NCBI RefSeq assembly: GCF_004010195.1
Contig: NC_057712.1
Location: 81,428,696-81,492,695 of the forward strand
Length of the DNA stretch: 64,000 nt
Reading direction: 5' to 3'
Origin: Chiloscyllium plagiosum
Taxonomy: Eukaryota
The position numbers and the translations under genes were made by a program. Of the stretch, positions 1 through 12,087 are shown one piece after another. The notes under the pieces were generated by a model, which was given only the letters and a program-made list of their open reading frames with translations, had not been told where the DNA came from and did not search any database. The stretch's first letter is position 1. The number at the start of each line of letters is the position of its first letter.

Positions 1-484
1 TTTCCCTCTTAAGTATACTCCTACTTCCTTTATACTCTTCTACAGATTCTCTCAATCTATCCTGTCTATACCTGAGATATGCTTCCTTCTTTTTCTTAAT
101 CAAACCCTCAATTTCTTTAGTCATCCAGCATTCCTTGTACCTACCAGCCTTCCCTTTCACCTTGACTTGAATATATTTTCTCTGGATTCTTGTTATCTCA
201 TTTCTGAAGGCTTCCCATTTTCCAGCCATCCCTTTACCTGCGAAGATCTGCCTCCAATCAGCTTTTGAAAGATTTTGCCTAATACCATCAAAATTGGCCT
301 TTCTCCAATTTAGAACTTCAACTTTTAGATCTGGTCTATCCTTTTCCATCACTATTTTAAAACAAATAGAATTATGGTCGCTGGCCCCAAAGTGCTCCCC
401 CACTGACTCCTCAGTCACCTGCCCTGCCTTATTTCCCGAGAGTAGGTCAAGTTTTGCACCTTCTCTAGCAGGTACATCCACATG
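1..484 (-). mobile_element. CR1-type LINE ORF2 fragment (end of APE endonuclease and linker), runs off the window start
   Basis: Minus strand translates without stops as VDVPAREGAKLDLLSGNKAGQVTEESVGEHFGASDHNSICFKIVMEK...LNWRKANFDGIR...WEAFRNEI...WMTKEIEGLIKKKKEAY. It has the APE LDL and SDH motifs and a CR1-type linker. Confidence 0.9.
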
Positions 485-1290
485 CATCCAGCTCCTGGAT
501 TAGACCAGCTGAATCTTAAGCCTTTTTACTTGCTGTATGATCACTCACTTGCTCTGAGCCTACATGCATGCTCACATCATCTCTACTTTATATTGCCCTG
601 TTTTGTTTTGCATTTTGCACTTTATCCTTTAACCAGAGGTACCAGGTTTATATTACCTCTGTCTTGCTGTGCCATTTAGGACAGACACAATGGCAAGAAG
701 CTTGTCATCGCTGTCAGCAGGCCTCAGTCAAGTCAAGAGTGATAGCCTTCACTTTGGGGATCCAGCACAGTAAGTCAAGGGCATTCTCTGTTACCAGACC
801 AGGGGCTTGGATTTGTCCAGTCAACCATTTGGAGTAGTCAGAGTTAGAATGCTGTCACATAGAGTCATAGAATCCTACATGGAGGCAGGCCCTTCACATA
901 AGTGCTGACAAAATGAATGTTGGGCAGCCACGCCTCATTTTGACACTTTTTGCCCTATTATGGGTTGTTTTCTTCCTACAATGATAGGGAGGCAGGTAAT
1001 TATAATAGATGAAAGTTAGTTGCAGAGCTGTTACTTTCTGTCTAGGTGGGGATATGTCCTGAGTGAGTGAATGGGCAGCGCAGAGGGCATGTAGGCAAAG
1101 TGGTGTCAGGATTTGAGGTGAGTGCCAGTGAGTGAGGGAAGGTGTTACAGGCAATAATTTGTTGGAAGTAGTAGAGTAGAAGAGAGAGTGAATGTGAAGT
1201 ACTAGATAAAAGGAAAGCCCTGGCCTGACAGCATTCATCCTGATACAGAACAGGCTTTTAAAGACAGGCTGAGAGCAAGGGATGTCGTTG

Positions 1291-1490
1291 ATTGGATTAG
1301 ATTAGATCAGATTAGATTCTCTACAGTATGGAAACAGGCCTTTCGGCCCAACAAGTCCACTCTGACCCTCCGAAGAGTAACCTACCCAGACCCATTCCCC
1401 TACGCCCTATATTTACCCCTGACTAATGCACCTATCACTACAGGCAATTTAGCCTGGCCAGTTCACCTGATCTGCATATCTTGGATTCTG
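1291..1490 (-). mobile_element. HE1-type SINE, 3' half
   Basis: Reverse complement of the 3' half of the full copy at 1695-2009 (GGAAACAGGCCTTTCGGCCCAACAAGTCCAC..., GGCAATTTAGCCTGGCCAGTTCACCTGA), with a (TCTAA)n tail at 1291-1318. Confidence 0.85.
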
Positions 1491-1694
1491 TGATACCTCA
1501 GCAGTGGAGAGTTGTTTCAGGAACAGTGCATGGTAGTATAATGTTGGAATCAGACATGAAAGTTGCTGTGGGGTAGAGTGGTCATTGATATAGCACATTT
1601 GGTAGATACATTGAGAAAACACACTCGGCCTCACAGTGATGAAGGTCCAAGAACCTGAAAGTAAAGTGTATTTGCCAAAAGAAAATGGAAGATT

Positions 1695-2009
1695 GGGCGG
1701 CACGGTGACACAGTGGTTAGTACTGCTGCCTCACAGCGCCAGAGACCCGGGTTCAATTCCCGCCTCAGGCGACTGACTGTGTGGAGTTTGCACGTTCTCC
1801 CCGTGTCTGCGTGGGTTTCCTCCGGGTGCTCCGGTTTCCTCCCACAGTCCAAAGATGTGCAGGGCCAGGTGAATTGGCTATACTAAATTGCCCGTAGTGT
1901 TAGGTAAGGGGTAAATGTAGGGGTATGGGTGGGTTTCGCTTCGGCGGGTCGGTGTGGACTTGTTGGGTCGAAGGGCCTGTTTCCACACTGTAATGTTATC
2001 TAAAAAAAA
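1695..2009 (+). mobile_element. Full-length HE1-type tRNA-derived V-SINE
   Basis: GGGCGGCACGG start, Pol III A box GGTGACACAGTGG, B box GGTTCAATTCC, V-domain GTGTGGAGTTTGCACGTTCTCCCCGTGTCTGCGTGGGTTTCCTCCGGGTGCTCCGGTTTCCTCCCAC, and CR1/HER1-shared tail GGGTCGAAGGGCCTGTTTCCACACTGTA. CpGs are largely retained, suggesting a young copy. Confidence 0.92.
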
Positions 2010-2169
2010 CGATCAGTTTTTTTCTTGTCACAAGCACATGATTGTACGATTTCATGAGGATTTCATGTTGCCTCACTCTGCAGGATATTATCAATCACAC
2101 TCACATTGCTTTTCCAGGCACAATATGACATATCTGCCTTAACCACACCCAAAAGGGATTTAACTCCTT

Positions 2170-2285
2170 CAGGTGGATAGAAGTGGTGTGCAGGGATAGG
2201 GCGTAGAATCAGTGTAGGCAGGATGGGCTGAATAGCCTCCTGGTGTGCTGTGACAGTCCTGTGATTCTGCGATTCAGTGATTCTG
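2170..2285 (+). mobile_element. Old CR1-type 3' tail fragment
   Basis: GATGGGCTGAATAGCCTCCTGGTGTGCTGTGACAG followed by (GTGATTCT)-like tail repeats, matching other CR1 3' ends in the window. Confidence 0.55.
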
Positions 2286-4880
2286 GTAAATGGCCATCAT
2301 GGTATCGTGCAGATCCATGCTCAGTATTCTGGCATCAGGCATCATACCTTCATTCTGAGGCAATACAAAAATACAACGGGCACAAAATAAATAGTTTACA
2401 TCAAGTTTATGAATGAAATTATTCAAATTCCACTGAACAGAAATCTAATCACTCTTGTGTATTTCCTTAGTGCCTTTCTTCCTGATGTCTTTGCCTGTAC
2501 TCATATTCAAAATCAGTACTACCCAAAAATGACTGAGCATGGCTGGAGGAAGGGTTTGGCTTGGCTTTGATGTTCGCAAGCAGGTCTGGAGCTGGAACAC
2601 AAAGGAGTGCACCATCTCAATATGAAGACAGCAGCTTGGCTTGACTGGCAGACAGGCAAAAGCAACAGATGAAATGGGGGCATGAACTGCTGTTTTCCTG
2701 AGAGATGAGAAAAAAATTGTGCTCCAAGATGCCGTTTTAACCCAGGTAATATTTTGGAGGGCAGAAGGCTGGATAGCTCGGACATCCCCTCATGCACAGC
2801 AACAAATTTGTGGGAGGGGAGCTCTCATAAGTTGAGTGTGAGAGCTTTATTGAGATGCTTGGGTGGAAGCTGCTTGTGCTATAATAGCTAAGGGAAAGCA
2901 GCGACTGGATGCTACATCATGGTTGGGTGTACAAGTGTGTGAGTGGAGTTGACCACCATGTCTACATTGCAAAGAAAGGATTCAAAAGCTTTGTGCAAAG
3001 TCTGGTTAATGCTGAACCACAGCTTTCCTGGGAGGTTTCAGATAGTGAGCGCTGTCTTCAATTGGGGTGTCAGGCTATTCAAGGATGTGCAACTGGCCAC
3101 CTTCTGGTTATCAGCTGCAACTGGCAAGAGGGAGGGAGAAGTGTTAGATGTTATTTGACAAATGTGTTTGACTGCTTATATTGTCATGATTGAACATTTC
3201 ATAGTGTGTGCAAACTGTGAGATGGAGATGTAAGCAGTGCAAAAGGTGGGAATAAGTAATGTAGCATTTGAATATCAGATAATATTGCTAACTGATATTG
3301 GCAAAGATAGTTAGTAGGTGACTAAAGGACTGACAGTAAGCTGAGTAGTGTCTAAGGCTGGTGGCACAGTTGATAGGATATTGCTTTTGAAGTTGCATTT
3401 GCTGACTTTGATCACTCATGTTAGGACCTTCTTGCAATACTGTAACCAAATCCTCAGAGATCAACTCCTGATATTCAACTCAATGACTATCTGCTTCCAC
3501 TGCCTTCTTAGTCTACTGTCCCCCGTAAATACAATATATCCATTATTTTGCACTTTCTAAACCAAAGTCTCCAATGTAGTGTGTGAAAATCTTGGAACCC
3601 AGTCTCTCCTATGTAATGCTGTGCTCATCAGTATCACTTGTACAGCAGCTTACTGTGCTAACTCCAGCTACAACAAACCTCCCCTATCGGAAATGCAGCC
3701 TTGTTTTAACTCTCCTGGCCTCTCACAATTTTGGGTTCCCTGTGAAGAGTACAATCACTTAGTAATGCAGTTAATGCTGGCTGCACACTGTAAACATATT
3801 AATCAGCAAGCAACACAAAGTTGGCAAGCTGTCTGTGTGACACTAAATGGGCATGGGTTTGCAATCTCTGCACCTGTTTTACAGAACTATCAAATTTAAC
3901 CCCTACATTTTTTGTTGATTAGATTGAGGAAAAAATATTCTCCATACAAAATTAAAGCATGGCGCATAATCATTGTGATGTTTTGTAATATCTCCAAAAT
4001 TTATTCAGTGAGCAGGAGCTGTTCGTACTCTATATTCCCTGGCATCCTTACTACAAAATATTTTGAAACAATATGGAACTCTAATGGTAGCCACAGTAAA
4101 GCCCAAAGACCATTTTCAGCAACAATGTGGTTTAGAACATCCTAACAAAATGCTCATTTTCTTTGCATGTTTCAGTTGGACTTTTGACACTATCTGCCAT
4201 AATTTAAATATGCTATACCATATTAGATATCACAAGTTAAATTAGCCTGCTGCATGTAAGCTTCCAATAGTTTTGGTAATAAATTCATTTCCAATAATAC
4301 CCTGTAATTAAAATAAAATGATGAACCTTTTAAGTCCTTGGAAGCACAGATTTGTTATAATACAATTTTATGAGAAAGTTCATTAAATAATGAGGAATTA
4401 CACTTGTTCAGTGTAAGTATTAGTCTCACTATCAGAACCACAAGAGAACATGCTTTGTCATTACAAAACAGCTGAACAAGTGTAAGAATTAAGGACTGTT
4501 AATTTTATCCATTCCCCTAGAATTAACTGAGTGCCACTTACTGATGGGTACATGGATCAGCTTATTTTTAAAAGATGACATACTGTAGATACCTGCTCGT
4601 GAAGGAAGAAATGATCACTGGAAGTTACGAAACATGAAAGGGGAGGGATGGAAGAAAGACTGAACTAAGAAGGGTTGCAAGCTCAGGGAAGAGAAATCTT
4701 CCATGAATGGCTAGTGATGTTTGTGAACAATGCCAAGGTTGGGAAGAGGATTGAGAGGTGATCAGCAGCTGCCTGCAGGTTTAATATGCAATAAAGAGGA
4801 GGACTCTTCATTCTTCTAGTCCAACATTCTTATCCTTATGAGTGATGACTTGGTCCTCTGGTTAGGCTGCATTTAGTTTA

Positions 4881-4965
4881 TAGAATAGAATCCTTACAGC
4901 GTGGGAACAGGCCCTTCGGCTCAACAAGTCCACACCAACCCTCTGAAGAGTAGCCCACCCAAGGC
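4881..4965 (-). mobile_element. HE1/HER1 3' tail fragment
   Basis: TACAGCGTGGGAACAGGCCCTTCGGCTCAACAAGTCCACACCAACCCTCTGAAGAGTAGCCCACCC matches the HE1 tails at 1291-1490 and 23435-23730. Confidence 0.8.
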
Positions 4966-6671
4966 CACACTTGTGTTGCCCTAGCCTTGTAGTAGTAAGG
5001 TAATAACAGTTTCAAGGTGGACTGGAAACTGAATTTACTTTTTAAAACAACTTTCCACTTTGGCAAGAGCACTGTGCACTGGTTTAACGGCTAGAAAATG
5101 GTTACTGTTGAAGAAAATGGTTGCGCAGCGATGGCATCAAACTTTTCTCAGCCTATCATCTGTTTCTCAGATGAAAATCCATGTACCCACATTTTTGTTG
5201 CTAGTTTCAGTTCTGAGGGCAAAGTGGCTGTGGAATGATGGAGGGGTTTTCCATTTAAATGTCAGTGGCTAGTGCTTGTTGTCATGACAATGGATCATAC
5301 CTGAAGTATTACAGCCACTCATTAACTTTTAATTCCAAAGTATATTTTTCAAAAGAGGACTGTGACAGACAAATAAAAATGGACTGTAGGGGTAAATTCA
5401 ATGTTGTCTGTTAGAGTACTGTGTGGGATCCATGGAATGTTATGCCTGTAGAATGTTCGGGAAATTTAAACCAGAAGGAGAGATGTCAAATAAAAGCAAA
5501 ATACTGCTGAAATCTGAAAGAACAAATGTAATAGGAAGAGACAAAGAGGGAGCTGAGTATCTGTCCCTCTTTCAGGAAAAAGCCACCTCTTGCAAAGACT
5601 TTTTGTGCCTTACCCTTCAAAGAATATATAAAGAAGAGTTAAAAACTGACTTCAGTCTTGGTCTGGGTGTACTAGTGGAAGAAGATGTGCTTGTGAATTG
5701 AGGTTTGTGTATAACAGGTTGGGCTCAAGTGCTAGTGTACTGTACAGTCAAAGTCATATCTACATTTCAAATAAAACTACCTTCTCAGTGGAAGTCAACC
5801 AGCTAACAAGCCAATCAAATTGAATTAAAGTAACAGAAGGGCTCACCCAATCTGAGTGCTACCAAATAATCATTGTCAAAAAGAAAAGGACAACGTTTTT
5901 CAACTAAATATTGTGCTTTGTTTACTCAAGTGTTCTTAATAGATTTTTGTAAATATTTTCCTTTGTAAACTCAAAAAACCTATGTTAAACTGGCTCCTTT
6001 TAAAATTTAACTTAATTTGCTCTTGGAGAAAGGCATTCACAACAATAGGATCCTTTTCAAATTAAACTTATTGTTATCAACTATGGGGGTGGATAAAGCA
6101 TACTAAAAATATAAGCCAGCAACTAAGTTATGACTGGATCCTTGAAAATGTACTCATAAAACCCTACTTGCTGAGTGAGTGCATGTAGTGAGTTAAGCAA
6201 CAACACTTCAAAAGGAATGTATGACACATATTTAAAACTAGTAATAAGCTTTCTGAACATCTTGCTGAGTAGCCTGAAAGTCTGAAGAAGGGCTCAATCC
6301 AATGTGATGAACATGCACACATGTATCTGTCATGCCAGAAATGTACTGCTTGCTGTTTTGACACTTAGACACCTGTTTTATCCCTGATTCTTTCTCTGCA
6401 AATCATTATTGCACACCTCCTGTGTTGACCAACATTTACCTTGGGAGGAAGCAATTCAAACGTACTGATCTTAGTGAAGTATTAGGAAATTGCTATATCT
6501 GATACCAAATTTAGTTTAAAATATGGACCCATTAGGAGATATACTGAGACACGCTCACATAAAATCCTTGCAGTTAGGTTGCTTACTCAGTCAAGATGGA
6601 TAGACATTAACTCTGCATCCTGAAATGTAAAACGACAGCTTCTAACTCAGCCTGATATCCAACTGATTAAC

Positions 6672-7612
6672 AAGAACATAAGAACAGGAACAGCCATTCA
6701 GCCTATCACACCTATTTCAACATATAATACAATCATATCTCACTGAAGACTTCAATGCCATTTGTCTATATTTTCCCTATAGCCCTTGACACTACTGGTA
6801 ATCAAAAAATCTGTCGACCTCTATTTTAAATATGCTCAAATACTGAACTTTCCACAACACTTTGGGATACAGAGTTCCAAAGATTCACAACCATGTGAGT
6901 AAAATAGTTTCTCCTCAGCTTTGTTAATACGTTGAATTATGTCCCTGGTTCTCACCTCCCAAACCAGGGGATAAAGAAAGCAGACCCAGTTTCTCAATGT
7001 CTGTTCATAGGACAAGCTTTCCATCTTGAGAACAAGTCTGGTGAAACTTTGCTGTAATCCTTCTATGGCAGTAAATCCTGTTTGGGAAAGAGAGCAAAAC
7101 TGCACCCACTACTCCAGGTGCAATTTAACCAAGCTTCTACATAACTGGAGCAAGAATTCACTACTCTTGTACTCAAGGCCTCATGAGGTAAAGGCTAACA
7201 TTCCATTAGTTTCCTATCAGCTTGCTGCACCTGCATGTTTGCCTTCAATGTCTTATTGACAAGGACTTCTGTGTTCCTTTGTTCATTGACACGTTTCAAG
7301 TTCTTAACATTTGTAAAATATACTGTGCATCTTTCCTCCTACCAAAGTGGATAACCTAACGTATTTCTACATAATATTCAATTTGCCATGTCCTTGCCCA
7401 CTCAGTAAGCCTATCTAAATCCTCCTGAAGCCTTTTTACATCTTCCTCACAATACACAGTCCCATTTGCCGTCATTATCGTTCGAAAATTGGAAGTATTG
7501 CAATTGATCTCCAACCCCAAAACATTGAAATATGTTTTGAACAGCAAGGATACCACTTACTGATACTTGCAATACCTCATTAGCCACAGCCAGCTAACAT
7601 GAGAATTACCTA
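6672..7612 (-). mobile_element. Degenerate CR1 LINE (RT C-terminus and 3' UTR), part left of the LTR insertion
   Basis: Minus-strand remnants EEDVKRLQEDLDRLTEWARTWQIEY and AIEGLQQSFTRLVLKMESLSYEQTLRN; 3' tail AAGAACATAAGAACAGG. Continues after the LTR element at 14124. Confidence 0.85.
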
Positions 7613-8252
7613 TGTCACAAAGCTGGTTTATTTTTTCTAAAAGCTGTTCCTTTCCTCAAGGATACTATGTCCTTGATTTTTTTCAGAAGGCCAATAAACT
7701 GCTCTTGGTGCAGATTAGATTGGTTTGGTACAGAGATTAAAGGGTATTGAGAGGCCTTTTTGTTTATATGTAAACAGGTAAGACTTCAGGCCAAAGTGGT
7801 CATGTTTTAGAAGTGACCTGTAGAATGAAAAGGGAGTGGTCAGCTCTCTAGCTGAGCAGTTTATATCAGTCCAGAACTAGTTGGGAGTTCAACAGTGAGC
7901 TGTGTAGAAATAAACTCTCTCTCTTTCTGCCCTTCTAACTTGAACCTGGAAACATCTGTTCCATTTATACTGGTTTTTAAGGGGGGTTTGCTTATTGGGA
8001 TGGTTGTGTATATTTGGAACAGCATAGTTAAGTCTAGTTTGGATAGGCTGAGTTATGTAGGGGTTCTTTATTCTGTTCTTTGTGTTTCATTGTGTATTTT
8101 TGTGAATAGATTTCTGTTTTAAAATCTATTAGTCAACCTAGTGACCTCACTCTGGGTAATTTTCACTGTACACTTACTAAAACAAATTGCAAAGTTATGG
8201 TCTGGGCTGCCTGCTTAAGAATGTTTTAAGTGGTCTGGCCTAGTCCATAACA
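7613..8252 (+). repeat. 5' LTR (640 bp)
   Basis: TGTCACAAAGCTG...GTCCATAACA; direct repeat of 13496-14123. Confidence 0.95.
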
Positions 8253-8255
8253 GAT

Positions 8256-8274
8256 TGGGGGTTCTTTACGGGAT
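8256..8274 (+). promoter_or_regulatory. Degenerate primer binding site, tRNA-Pro-like
   Basis: TGGGGGTTCTTTACGGGAT 3 nt after the 5' LTR resembles the tRNA-Pro PBS TGGGGGCTCGTCCGGGAT. Confidence 0.6.
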
Positions 8275-8352
8275 TTTAAACGGCGAATGATAGGTGCTAG
8301 TGTCTTTATTTCGGATATTGGTTTGGTTGGGTCAATAAAGCTTGGGATAGTA

Positions 8353-9600
8353 ACGGCTCTTTCAGTCGCCAAAAGTTTTCTGGATATGGAAGTGGTGACT
8401 TTGGAAGTTTTGCAAAAGGTGAATAAGACCAAGCTGCAGGAATTAGCAGAGAAGCTGGAATTAGAACTGCCTGCTTCTGTGAGGAAAGGAGAGATAATTA
8501 CAGCAGTAGCTCAGCATTTAAACTTGCTGGAGAAATCATCAGAATCTATAGAGATGGAAGAATTCAGTTGCAAATGAAACTGCTTGAGTTAGAGGCGAGA
8601 AATAAGGAAAGAGCAGCAGAAATGAAACAGTTTGAGTTATGATTGAAAGCAGAAGAGAGGGGAAAAGAGACAGCAGCAGAACAGAGAGAGAAAGAGAGAG
8701 CAGCAGAAGACAGGGAAAAAGAGAGAACAGGGAAAGAAAAAGAGAGAGCTTTTGAACTTCAAAAACTGACACTTAAAAAGGAAAGTCAACTTAAAAAGCT
8801 GGAGATAAAGGCTGAGGATAGGCTTAGTGAGGAAGAGAGTGAGAATGAGCAAGCTTTTTTCATATCATTTGAAAAGGTGGCTAAACAAGTGCAGTGGCCA
8901 GTGGCAATGTGGGTTTTGTTGATCCAAACAAAACTTGTAGATAGGCCGAGTGAGGTATCGACATCACTATCAGAGGAGGCATTTGGGAAGTATGAGGAGG
9001 TGAAAAAAACACATTATTAGTGTATATGACCTTGTACCAGAAGCCTATAGACAACGTTTCAGGAATCTAAGGGGGGGCCCTGGTCAAATCTGTATTGAGT
9101 TTGAATGGATCAAACAGAGCAATTTTGATAGATGGAGAAGAGCTTTAAAAATTGAGCAAATCTATGATGCCCTTAGAGAGGTAATTATTTTAGAGGAAAT
9201 CAAAAATTCTCTGCCTGAGGTAGTGTGAACTCATGCGGAAGAGATGAGAGTCAAAACAGTAAGGTTAGCAGCTGAGGTGGTTGATGTTGATGAGCTGGTC
9301 CATAAAACTCGGTTTGGCTTCCAGAATCAATTTCAGTCCATGAGGGAGAGAAATTGAGGCAAAGAGAAATCCTCACGTGGAAAGGGAAAGGTAACTCTCA
9401 GTGAAGATCATACGGGTAATTTTCCGCATGGGGGGGGACAAAGAAGTTAAAAAGCTCCAGTGTTTTCATTGTAATAAAGTGGGCCACACAAAATTGCAGT
9501 GTTGGTGGGCTTGGAGAAAGCCAGATGTGGAAAAACTGGACAAGCCTGGAAGTTTTGTTGGACTAGTTAAAAAAAAGCACAAGGGAAGTTAGACAACTGC
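8353..9600 (+). pseudogene. gag: gag pseudogene: N-terminal helical domain, coiled coil, SCAN-like capsid, zinc knuckle
   Basis: ALSVAKSFLDMEVVTLEVLQKVNKTKLQELAEKLEL (probable start ATG>ACG at 8353), then an E/K/R coil, AFFISFEKVAKQVQWPVAMWVLLIQ...YDLVPEAYRQRFRNL...FDRW...LREVIILEEIKNSLP, and CFHCNKVGHTKLQC. Confidence 0.85.
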
Positions 9601-10711
9601 CTTCGAGTGTACAAGATGATCAGAGGTTGATTAAGGAGGAAGTGCCAGATCTGCTTAAAAATATACATGCAAGGGTAAAGTTTATCCACATAGACCAGGA
9701 GCAGTCGGTAAGGAGGTTATAATATTAAGGGACACAGGATCCTCTCAGTCTGCAATGCTGAAGGGTGAGGGGATATGTACTCTTGAGGGACTATAGCCAG
9801 AAAAGGCACTGGTAACAGGAATTCATGGTGAGACAAAAAGTGCTCAATTATGTAAAGTGAGGCTAGAGAGTCAAGAGAAGAGTAGAGAATTTGTGGTAGG
9901 AGTACTGGACAAACTCTCAGCTCCAGGAATACAATTTGACCTTGCAAATGATATGGCTGATTCACTAGTAAGCATGCTGCCTACTCTTGTTGAAAAGTCA
10001 GTGGAGATGCAGACAACTGAAGAAATGAAGAATTTTATTCGGGTATTTACCCAGATTGTGTGATCACAAGATCACAGAGGCACAAGCTGAAGCAGGAGAA
10101 ACTAAAAGACACAGATGAGGAAGCTGGCATAGTTTTATCCGAGACATTTTTTGATCAGATAAGTGGGACAGCGCAGGAGCAAATAGGTAAACATGCAAGT
10201 ATCTTTAACTCTGCTAAGCTTATCGAATTATAGCAAAAAGATGAGAACTTAAAACAGTTGTATCAAAAGGCATTGACAGAGAAGGAGAGTGAATTCATTC
10301 ATGTGTGTAATTACTTAACAAATGATGTACTAATGAGGAAATGGAGACCATCATACATTCAAGCAGCTGAGAAATGGGCAGAGATTCATCAAATTGTTTG
10401 GCCAGTAAGCTATAGAAAGGAGGTGCTGTGAGTGGCGCATGAACTACCACTTGGAGGTCATTTAGGGGTGAGGAAAACACAGACTAAAACACAAAGATAT
10501 TTTTACTGGCCTGGATGACACAAGAATGTAGTTGAATTTTGCCAGCTAATTGGAAAACCACAGGCAGTAATAAAATCTGGACCTTTAATACCTATTCCAG
10601 CATTTGGGGCACCTTTCACAAGAGTCTTGATTGATTGGGTAGATCCCCTGCCTCAACAAAAAGTGGAAATAAGTATTTATTAACAATAATGGATATATCA
10701 ACTAGATTTCA

Positions 10712-10771
10712 GAGGAGAAAGTGAGGTCTGCAGATGCTGGAGATCAAAGTTGAAACTTTATTGCTGGAACA
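10712..10771 (-). mobile_element. Penelope-like pLTR 3' fragment inserted in the integrase gene
   Basis: GAGGAGAAAGTGAGGTCTGCAGATGCTGGAGATCAAAGTTGAAACTTTATTGCTGGAACA is the exact reverse complement of the 3' end of the copy at 11956-12087. Confidence 0.85.
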
Positions 10772-11955
10772 TTTGGGGCACCTTTCACAAGAGTCTTGAT
10801 TGATTGGGTAGATCCCCTGCCTCAACAAAAAGTGGAAATAAGTATTTATTAACATGTATGTATTTTGAACTTAGATTTCAGAGGCAATCTCATTACGCAT
10901 CATCACAGCTAAAAGGATTGTAGAAGAATTATTTACATTTTTTATCAGATGTATACTACCAATAGAGAGCCAGTCAGTTCAAGGATTAACTTTCACATCC
11001 AGACTATTCAAGGAGATTATGGATAACGTGAGAATAAAGCAATTCAAATCTACTGCGTACCATCTGGAATCACAGGGAGTGCTAGAGAGATGGCATCAAA
11101 CACTAAAGACCACGTTGAGGGCTTATGGTCAGGATATATCCAGATGATTGGGATAAGGGAGTTCTGTTTGTACTTCTTGTGATCAGAGATGCACCGAATG
11201 AATCAACCAAATTCAGTCCATGTAAATTAATTTTTGGGCATGATATAACAGGACCGTTAAAATTGATTAAGGAGAAATTAATAAGGCAGAATTCAGAGAC
11301 ACTATGTCAAATTTTAGAGAACGATTAAATAGAACTGGAGAGTTGGCTAGACAGCATCTAGACGTTTCACAGCATATAATGAAACAGGAAGTGGATAACA
11401 AAACACAAATTTGCAATTTTGGAATTGGGGATAAGGTATTGGTGTTACTTCCAGTGACAGGTGAACCTTTAAAAGCTGGGTTTAGTGGACCTTATCAAAT
11501 TGAGAGGAAATTGAGTGAGATGAACTACTTGATAAGGACTCCTGACTCCAGAAATCTCACAGAGTATGTCATTTGAATATGCTCAAAAGGTATTCTGAGA
11601 GAGAAGGAAAGCAAGAGAAGAAGGTGTTAATAATTACAGCACAGAAGGAAGGGCCAAGTTCAGAGGATTCTGAATTAGACATTCCTCAAACCAAATTGGA
11701 CGATGCGGAAGTTGTCACAAATTGGGACAAATTATAGAGTTACCTTCCACAAGGAAATCAAAATGACCTGAAAGGAGATATGTGGAAATAACTGGGAAGT
11801 ACTACCTAATTGTGTATAATGTAGATATAGGAGGTGCTGTTCTGCTTAAGCAACACCTTATAGGCATAATCCTCTAAAGTTGGCACAGGTTCAGAAGGAG
11901 ATAGAGCGCATGCTCCAAGATGGCATAATCTAAGTGCGTTACAGTGAGTGGAGCT

Positions 11956-11993
11956 GATTCCTGAAGAAGGGCCTGTGCCCGAAATGTCGAATC
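11956..11993 (+). ncRNA. Minimal type I hammerhead ribozyme motif
   Basis: GAUUC (stem I) CUGAAGA A GGGC-CUGU-GCCC (stem II) GAA A-UG-U C GAAUC (stem I'). Core boxes are intact, stem I is a perfect 5 bp, and predicted cleavage is after C11988. The stem III palindrome ACGU is mutated to AUGU. Confidence 0.75.
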
Positions 11994-12087
11994 TCCTGTT
12001 CCCTGGATGCTGCCTGACCTGCTGTGCTGTTCCAGCAATAAAGTTTCAACTTTGATCTCCAGCATCTGCAGACCTCACTTTCTCCTC
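11956..12087 (+). mobile_element. Penelope-like pLTR fragment inserted in RT, TSD GGAGCT
   Basis: Interrupts the RT WSSP motif; GGAGCT at 11950-11955 and 12088-12093. Related to the pLTR attached to the Penelope endonuclease remnant at 38651-39091. Confidence 0.85.

Noticed and set aside
1695-1770. tRNA gene
   Set aside because: The A and B boxes are the head of an HE1-type SINE followed by V-domain and LINE tail. The same applies to 23660-23730 and 55290-55367.
5278-5291. Second X-box-like palindrome GTTGTCATGACAAT
   Set aside because: Imperfect, isolated, and possibly within an unrecognised old repeat.
6278-6310. Hammerhead motif AGTCTGAAGAAGGGCTCAATCC
   Set aside because: The GAAA box and downstream pLTR tail are missing; at most a very eroded remnant.
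8643-9020. Host coiled-coil protein gene
   Set aside because: It is part of the frameshifted gag between the LTRs.
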